A DNA stretch of 64,000 nt from assembly GCA_027623675.1 (NCBI GenBank), contig JAQBVF010000002.1:1-64000 (forward strand). The letters are read 5' to 3'. Positions 58,943 to 64,000 of this stretch are shown one piece after another. Made by a program: the position numbers and the translations under genes. Below the pieces are notes generated by a model. The model made no database searches and was not told where the DNA came from. It saw nothing but the letters and a program-made list of their open reading frames with translations. The stretch is from Chloroflexota bacterium (GTDB lineage Bacteria; Chloroflexota; Dehalococcoidia; Lucifugimonadales; UBA3495). How positions within the stretch are numbered: the first letter of the stretch is position 1; each line of letters opens with the position of its first letter.

Positions 58943-59159
58943 CCCCGTAATCAACGCGGGGCCGGGGTTTAAATCTCTGGCGGAACCCGGCGTCTTTCCT
59001 GGGGTACCCTTCGTTTCTTACGGCCCCTGACCCCGGAAACCGCAAAGCCGGAGAGAAGAACCCGGAAACCGGCAGCCACATCGCCCCGGTTCGTCTGAGA
59101 GAGCGTCTTATCGCTGATATCAAGGCCGACCTGCCGGGAGCAGGAGGAGATGTAAGCAA

Positions 59160-60359
59160 ATGGTTGACCAACTAAAACGACCCAAGGACCATCCCGAGAT
59201 CTATTGGTTCTCGGAGCAGCCATACGGGCATGTTGGCGAAGAAGACCTGAAGAAGTTCGACTCGGGCCGTCTTGGCTTCCCCAACTCCTACTTCGACCCG
59301 GAAAAGGCGTCCGTCCTCTACAACAATTACCACGAACAGTACCAGCTTGCCGACGAAGTGGGCTTTGACGGCATCATGAGCAACGAGCACCACGCCTCAT
59401 ACTGGTGCATGAAGCCGGCAGTGAACCTGGACGCCGCCGTCATCTCCAAGCTGACCAAGAACGTCAAGATCGCCATCTTGGGCAACGTCATCTCGGTGGG
59501 AGACCCCATCCGCATGGCCGAAGAGATCGCCATGCTGGACTGCTACTCCGGCGGCCGGATCATATCCGGGTTCGTCCGCGGCACCGCCGTCGAGACGCTT
59601 TTGTCGGGACAAGACCCGACGGAAAACTTCGCCCGGTTCCAGGAGGCCCACGACCTGATTATCAGGTGCTGGACCGAGGACGGCCCCTTCCGACATGAAG
59701 GCCAATATTTCAAGTACCGGGTCGTGAATCCGTGGGTCAAGCCCATGCAGAACCCCCGCCCCGACATCTGGTTCCCCGGCACCGGCAGCCCCGAGAGCGT
59801 GGTGTGGGCGGCCCAGCACGGCCACCCCTACATGAACTTGGGCGCTCTGGTGGACACCACCGAATGGCTGAAACAGATCTACATCGACACCGCCAAAGAG
59901 TCCGGATACAAGGCCGGCCCCGAGCATTTCGGCTACCTGCTTCGGTGCTTGGTGGCGGATACCGATGAGAAGGCCATCGAGATTGGCCGTGAGTTCATGT
60001 GGACCGCCGACCACCGTCAGAAGGGTCCCAGAGAGCACAACGACCCTCCCGGCTACCAGTCCCGCCGCGCCGTGGAAGTGAAGCGGGCGCGGCCAGCCCT
60101 GGGCACGGGCGCTTCCGAGTTCGGAAACCCGACAACCTACGACGAACTGCAAGCGGTGAACAACATCATCGTGGGCAGTCCCGAGACGGTAACCCGGAAG
60201 TTCACGGAGATCATCAACCGCCTGAGCCCCGGATACGTCCACATCTACGGCAACGAGGGCGCCATGAAGCACGAGGACACCATGCGGTCCATCGAGCTTT
60301 TGGGCAAGGAAGTTATCCCGGCCCTTCACGAGCTGCAACTCAGGCCCTACGACGACTAG
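59160..60359 (+). CDS. LLM-class flavin-dependent monooxygenase
   Basis: GFDG...NEHH, P.R.AEEIAMLD..SGGR..SGFVRG, P.Q.P.P.IW. Confidence 0.9.
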   Translation: MVDQLKRPKDHPEIYWFSEQPYGHVGEEDLKKFDSGRLGFPNSYFDPEKASVLYNNYHEQYQLADEVGFDGIMSNEHHASYWCMKPAVNLDAAVISKLTKNVKIAILGNVISVGDPIRMAEEIAMLDCYSGGRIISGFVRGTAVETLLSGQDPTENFARFQEAHDLIIRCWTEDGPFRHEGQYFKYRVVNPWVKPMQNPRPDIWFPGTGSPESVVWAAQHGHPYMNLGALVDTTEWLKQIYIDTAKESGYKAGPEHFGYLLRCLVADTDEKAIEIGREFMWTADHRQKGPREHNDPPGYQSRRAVEVKRARPALGTGASEFGNPTTYDELQAVNNIIVGSPETVTRKFTEIINRLSPGYVHIYGNEGAMKHEDTMRSIELLGKEVIPALHELQLRPYDD

Positions 60360-60381
60360 CCGCCGACTTTCAGCTGTCAGC

Positions 60382-60420
60382 GAAAAGGCCCCCTCCGACG
60401 TGGTGGGGGCCTTTTCTTTT
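60382..60420. terminator. bidirectional terminator
   Basis: GAAAAGGCCCCC...GGGGGCCTTTTCTTTT. Confidence 0.75.
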
Positions 60421-60451
60421 CTGATCAGCCTGCCTCGCGTGTTACTGCGGT

Positions 60452-61054
60452 TTAGCTCAGTGCGGCGATCGTCTCGTCGGTGTTCCTGACCCGGACCAGC
60501 AGGGGCAGCACGTGATTGATGGTCATCTCGTGAACGTCGACCTCGCCGGCGGTGCAGCAGTCGCTGACCACCACGCACTGGATGTCCCGGTTCTTGGCGT
60601 CGCGGGCCGTGCCCTCAACGCTGCGCTGCGTGGAGATTCCGCCCACCAGGATGGTCTCGGTACCCAGGTGACGCAATATCTGGTCCAGGTTGGTGCCGTA
60701 GAAGGCGCTGAACCGGGGTTTCACCAGCAGGAAGTCTTCAGGCCGCATGGCCAACTCGTCGATGACGTCGACCGCCGGAGTGCCCGGCAGCATGGGGTTC
60801 CCGCCGCCACCGCCGATGTCGGACACGGTCTTGGGGCCGTCGGCGTTGTCTTCCCTGCGGTGGGTGGTGATGTATATGAGCGGCGTGCCGACCTTACGGC
60901 AGTGGGCGATCATCTTCTCGAAGCTTCCCACTATGGCCTTGCGGTTATCCGGCAGGCTGTAGGTGGGGCCGGGGCCTCCCTTGGCGATGGCGTTCACCAT
61001 GTCGATGATGATGAAGGCGGTTTTCTTGGGGTCCAGCTTTATTGCATCGGGCAT
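60452..61054 (-). CDS. isochorismatase/cysteine hydrolase family (catalytic Cys position is Ser)
   Basis: IIDMVN, KPRFSAFYGT.L, GISTQRSVEGTARDA. Confidence 0.88.
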   Translation of the reverse strand: MPDAIKLDPKKTAFIIIDMVNAIAKGGPGPTYSLPDNRKAIVGSFEKMIAHCRKVGTPLIYITTHRREDNADGPKTVSDIGGGGGNPMLPGTPAVDVIDELAMRPEDFLLVKPRFSAFYGTNLDQILRHLGTETILVGGISTQRSVEGTARDAKNRDIQCVVVSDCCTAGEVDVHEMTINHVLPLLVRVRNTDETIAALS

Positions 61055-61158
61055 GACATCCTCCTTTTTTGACTTAATGGCTGCTTGATGGCTCTTTGCC
61101 CTGATCGTTCTCTGGCCGGATCGTCGGTCAGGCTTGTTTCGTGCGGTCGGTCAGATGC

Positions 61159-61196
61159 GAGTAAAGGCGTCCCGATCCACCGGGACGCCTTTACTC
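61159..61196. terminator. long perfect hairpin/terminator
   Basis: GAGTAAAGGCGTCCCG-ATCCAC-CGGGACGCCTTTACTC. Confidence 0.6.
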
Positions 61197-61261
61197 ATTT
61201 GTGTCATTCATGACAGTCTTAGACCGGTTCCCATCTAGCCTCAGACGCCGTTACGGACCCC

Positions 61262-61459
61262 TTAGCTGAGGTAGGTAGCGGGACTGGCCAGGAACTTGGT
61301 CCGGCAGTCCAGACCGCAGAAGTAAATCCACTGGCCGTCGTGGAAGATACGGGTGCCTTGGGCCGGGTCCACCTCCGACGCCCCATGGGCGGTCTGCGAG
61401 GTCTGCGCCCGTGCTTGCTCCTCGTCTATCTCGTTGCCACAAACCGGATCTTTGGCCAT
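61262..61459 (-). CDS. YHS/TRASH domain protein
   Basis: KDPVCG...YFCGLDCRTKF...P..Y. Confidence 0.85.
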   Translation of the reverse strand: MAKDPVCGNEIDEEQARAQTSQTAHGASEVDPAQGTRIFHDGQWIYFCGLDCRTKFLASPATYLS

Positions 61460-61551
61460 TGGTGCTCTCCCTTTACCGCAGCCGTGGTCCTGGCTGCTTC
61501 ATATATCTGATATCCAACGATGTATCCCCTGGGCTTCGCGCCGGAGTCGCT

Positions 61552-62727
61552 TTAGGCCCCGGTGGGCAGGGGCATCCCCAGGCGGACCTCGCCGGGAACG
61601 TCCAGCAGCGCCGCGGCGATCCTCGCCCGGTGGTCGTAGGTCGTCCCCAGACGCATGGTCCAGGCGGTGACGCGGCGGAACCACAGGTGGAGGTCGAATT
61701 CCATCATAAAACCGATTCCGCCGTGGACCACCTGCGAGTGGCGGACCACCGATTCGCATTTCTCGTTGCAGAATGCTTTGGCCTGGGAGACCTCAACCGA
61801 AGCGGGCATTCCCTCGTCCATCTTCCACAGCGCCTCATAGGTCAACATCTGGCCGCCGTCGACATGCAGAATCATGTCTGCCAGCAGGTGCTGCACCGAC
61901 TGGAAAGACCCGATGGGCCGCCCAAAGGCCACCCGGTTCTTGGCATACTCGATGGCCATCTCAGCGTCTTTACGGGTCGCGCCGACCATCTGGCAGCAAA
62001 GCAGGGCAGTGGCACGGTCCAGCATGCTCTGGATGATGGGCCAACCCTCGTCAACTTCGCCCACCAAAGCGGCCCGGTCGACCCGAACGTTGTTCAGGTC
62101 AACCCGGCTCTGCTTGTCTTTGGCCAGGGTGACCAGCGAAGTCTGGTTCACGCCGGTGCCGTTGGGGTCGATTATGAACAGGGAGATGCCCTCGTTGGCC
62201 TCCGAAGCGGGGGAGGTGCGGCAGGCCACCAGACACCGCTGGGCCACGACAAAGTTATCGACGAACATCTTGGTGCCGTTCAGCACCCAGCCGTCTCCGT
62301 CGGCCACGGCCTGCAGCTGCATGGCGCTGGGTATCAAACGGGGGTCGCGCTCATATACAGCCCAGGTCAGAATCATGTTGCCGTCGGCGACCGCCGGGAG
62401 TATGTCCTGTTTCTGCTGGCTGGTCCCTTCGTTGGCGATGGTCAAAGCCGCCACCATGGTACTGTGCAGGGGCACCGGCGCCATGACCCGGCCGATCTCT
62501 TCATGCACCAGGCCCAGGTAGGTCAGGGGCAGCCCTTGTCCGCCGTATTCCTCGGGTAGGGCCAGGCCCAGCCAGCCCAGGTCGGCCATCTGTTTCCAGA
62601 GCGCCGGGGGGTAACCCAGCCCGTCGATCTCCATCTCGCGGACCATGGCCGTGGAGACTTCCGCTTCCAGGAACTCCCTGGCCACGTTCTTAAGCATCTG
62701 TTCTTCTTCGGAAGGCAGTATATCCAT
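61552..62727 (-). CDS. acyl-CoA dehydrogenase family (beta-subunit-like)
   Basis: PEEYGG, LNGTKMFV, R.AFGRPIGSFQ.VQH.LADM, QVVHGGIGF..E.DL. Confidence 0.9.
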   Translation of the reverse strand: MDILPSEEEQMLKNVAREFLEAEVSTAMVREMEIDGLGYPPALWKQMADLGWLGLALPEEYGGQGLPLTYLGLVHEEIGRVMAPVPLHSTMVAALTIANEGTSQQKQDILPAVADGNMILTWAVYERDPRLIPSAMQLQAVADGDGWVLNGTKMFVDNFVVAQRCLVACRTSPASEANEGISLFIIDPNGTGVNQTSLVTLAKDKQSRVDLNNVRVDRAALVGEVDEGWPIIQSMLDRATALLCCQMVGATRKDAEMAIEYAKNRVAFGRPIGSFQSVQHLLADMILHVDGGQMLTYEALWKMDEGMPASVEVSQAKAFCNEKCESVVRHSQVVHGGIGFMMEFDLHLWFRRVTAWTMRLGTTYDHRARIAAALLDVPGEVRLGMPLPTGA

Positions 62728-62832
62728 TGTTTTCCTTACAGGCGCTTTCGGCTCTGGGTTAGTTGCCAGGCCGCGGCGCAGACATGAACTCGATTTGCCA
62801 ACTTGATCTGCCGCCTAGATTATACGGACGAG

Positions 62833-64000
62833 CTAACCCCGGGGCATGCCCAGGCCACGGCGGGCCATCTGGTCGCGCATGATCTGCACGCTGCCGTGGT
62901 TGATGCCCGACTGGAACGAACCCATCAGGTTGTGAGCGTACAAGCCGCCCTCGATGGCCTCTTCAGAGCTGCTAAGCAATTGGGCGTAGGGCCCCAATAT
63001 CTGTGATATCGCCTCGGTGGTGTGGACTCCGTGCTCGGGCGCCCATACTTTCTCAGCCGAACCTTCGTAGGTGAAGTTGCCGCCGCGTTCCACCAGCGAC
63101 ATGCTGCGCATGGTCATCAGACGGCAGACCTGGGCCTCGGTCCAAAGCTCGGCCAACTTGTCGCGCACGGCCGGGTCGTCGGCCGGGGAATGGCCGCCAA
63201 AGTCGTTCTGTTTGACCCAGTTGACGATGTCCTCGTCGCGGCGGACGGAGATCAGGTATCGGCTGGCGCCGACACGGTCCAGGTTCAGGCCCATGGCTCC
63301 CACGTACCAGCCCTGGTTCTCCTCGCCCAACAGGCACGACGCCGGGATGCGCACATTCTCGAAGAAGGTCTCATTGGTTCGGGCCATGCCGTAGGTTGTG
63401 CCCAGGGGGGCGGGCGGGTCGCTCTGGATCGTCCACAGCGGCCTCACGGTGATTCCAGGAGTGTCCATCGGTATCAGGAAGATGGAGATGCCCCGGTGCC
63501 TTGGGGCGTCAGGGTCGGTCCGGCACATCATATAGATGTGGGTGGCGTAGTGAGCGGCGGAGGTGTACATCTTCTGTCCGTTGATGACGTACTCGTCACC
63601 GTCGCGCACCGCCCGGGTCTGCAGTCCGGCCAGGTCGGCCCCCGCCTGAGGCTCGGTGAACCCCAGGGCGAATATAATCTCGCCGCGAATCATACCGGGA
63701 ATGAAATACTCTTTCTGTTCCTCGGTCCCGGCGGCTAGGATGGCCGGAGCGCCGCTGCCTGCGCCGCCAATCCCGATGCCCAGCCTCATGAACTCTTCTT
63801 CGACGATGTACTGGTCCATGCGGCTGCCGCTCTGGCCGCCGTATTCCTTGGGCCAACTGATGCCGATCCAGCCCTTCTCGGCGACCTTCTGCACCAGGGC
63901 GCGGTACTCGGGGCCTCGGCCGCCTTCTTCACCGCTGTCCATCTCGTCGATGAGACCCTGGCTGACGTTTTCAGCGATGAACGCCCGAACTTGCTGGCGA
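62833..64000 (-). CDS. acyl-CoA dehydrogenase family (alpha-subunit-like), 5' end outside the window
   Basis: WPKEYGG, GFTEPQAGADLA.L.TRA, INGQK.YTS, NE.FF.NV, ends RGLGMPRG; frame open to the window edge. Confidence 0.9.
   Translation of the reverse strand, partial: RQQVRAFIAENVSQGLIDEMDSGEEGGRGPEYRALVQKVAEKGWIGISWPKEYGGQSGSRMDQYIVEEEFMRLGIGIGGAGSGAPAILAAGTEEQKEYFIPGMIRGEIIFALGFTEPQAGADLAGLQTRAVRDGDEYVINGQKMYTSAAHYATHIYMMCRTDPDAPRHRGISIFLIPMDTPGITVRPLWTIQSDPPAPLGTTYGMARTNETFFENVRIPASCLLGEENQGWYVGAMGLNLDRVGASRYLISVRRDEDIVNWVKQNDFGGHSPADDPAVRDKLAELWTEAQVCRLMTMRSMSLVERGGNFTYEGSAEKVWAPEHGVHTTEAISQILGPYAQLLSSSEEAIEGGLYAHNLMGSFQSGINHGSVQIMRDQMARRGLGMPRG

Noticed and set aside
58950..59159. Cobalamin riboswitch
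   Set aside because: GACCTGCC is present, but the other conserved elements (GGGAA, the CCC..ACTG region, a full B12 box) were not found.

Overview
GC-rich bacterial chromosomal window. The gene content (dnaG-rpoD, a sortase, many amidases, LLM flavin oxidoreductases, a hydantoinase/oxoprolinase pair, acyl-CoA dehydrogenases) suggests a Chloroflexota, possibly Dehalococcoidia/SAR202-like, genome; this is an inference. About 50 CDS are present: housekeeping genes (dnaG, rpoD, glmU, tkt, gnd, zwf) and many catabolic or transport paralogs, plus one intact tRNA-Ala(GGC). The most unusual structure is non-coding and centres on two small, independently decayed GIY-YIG nuclease genes missed or only partly seen by the ORF track. 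(1) At 18965-19476 a GIY-YIG gene lies next to tRNA-Ala, and the tRNA plus nuclease are bracketed by two tRNA-Ala-derived mimics whose anticodon arm is replaced by a TCCCGA-N6/7-TCGG(GA/AG) hairpin. (2) At 10608-11066 a second GIY-YIG gene is enclosed by an inverted pair of GTC-tagged REP-like hairpins, with an 18-bp tandem array growing out of one hairpin end. Empty or solo copies of the same hairpin family lie at 13579 and 30059-30147. Other oddities: a sortase and a cysteine hydrolase with the catalytic Cys replaced by Ser, a split rifampin-phosphotransferase-like dikinase coupled to an MFS exporter, an AtzG/GatC-like amidase partner, and a tRNA-Gln 3' remnant. All calls come from reading motifs by eye; no searches were run.
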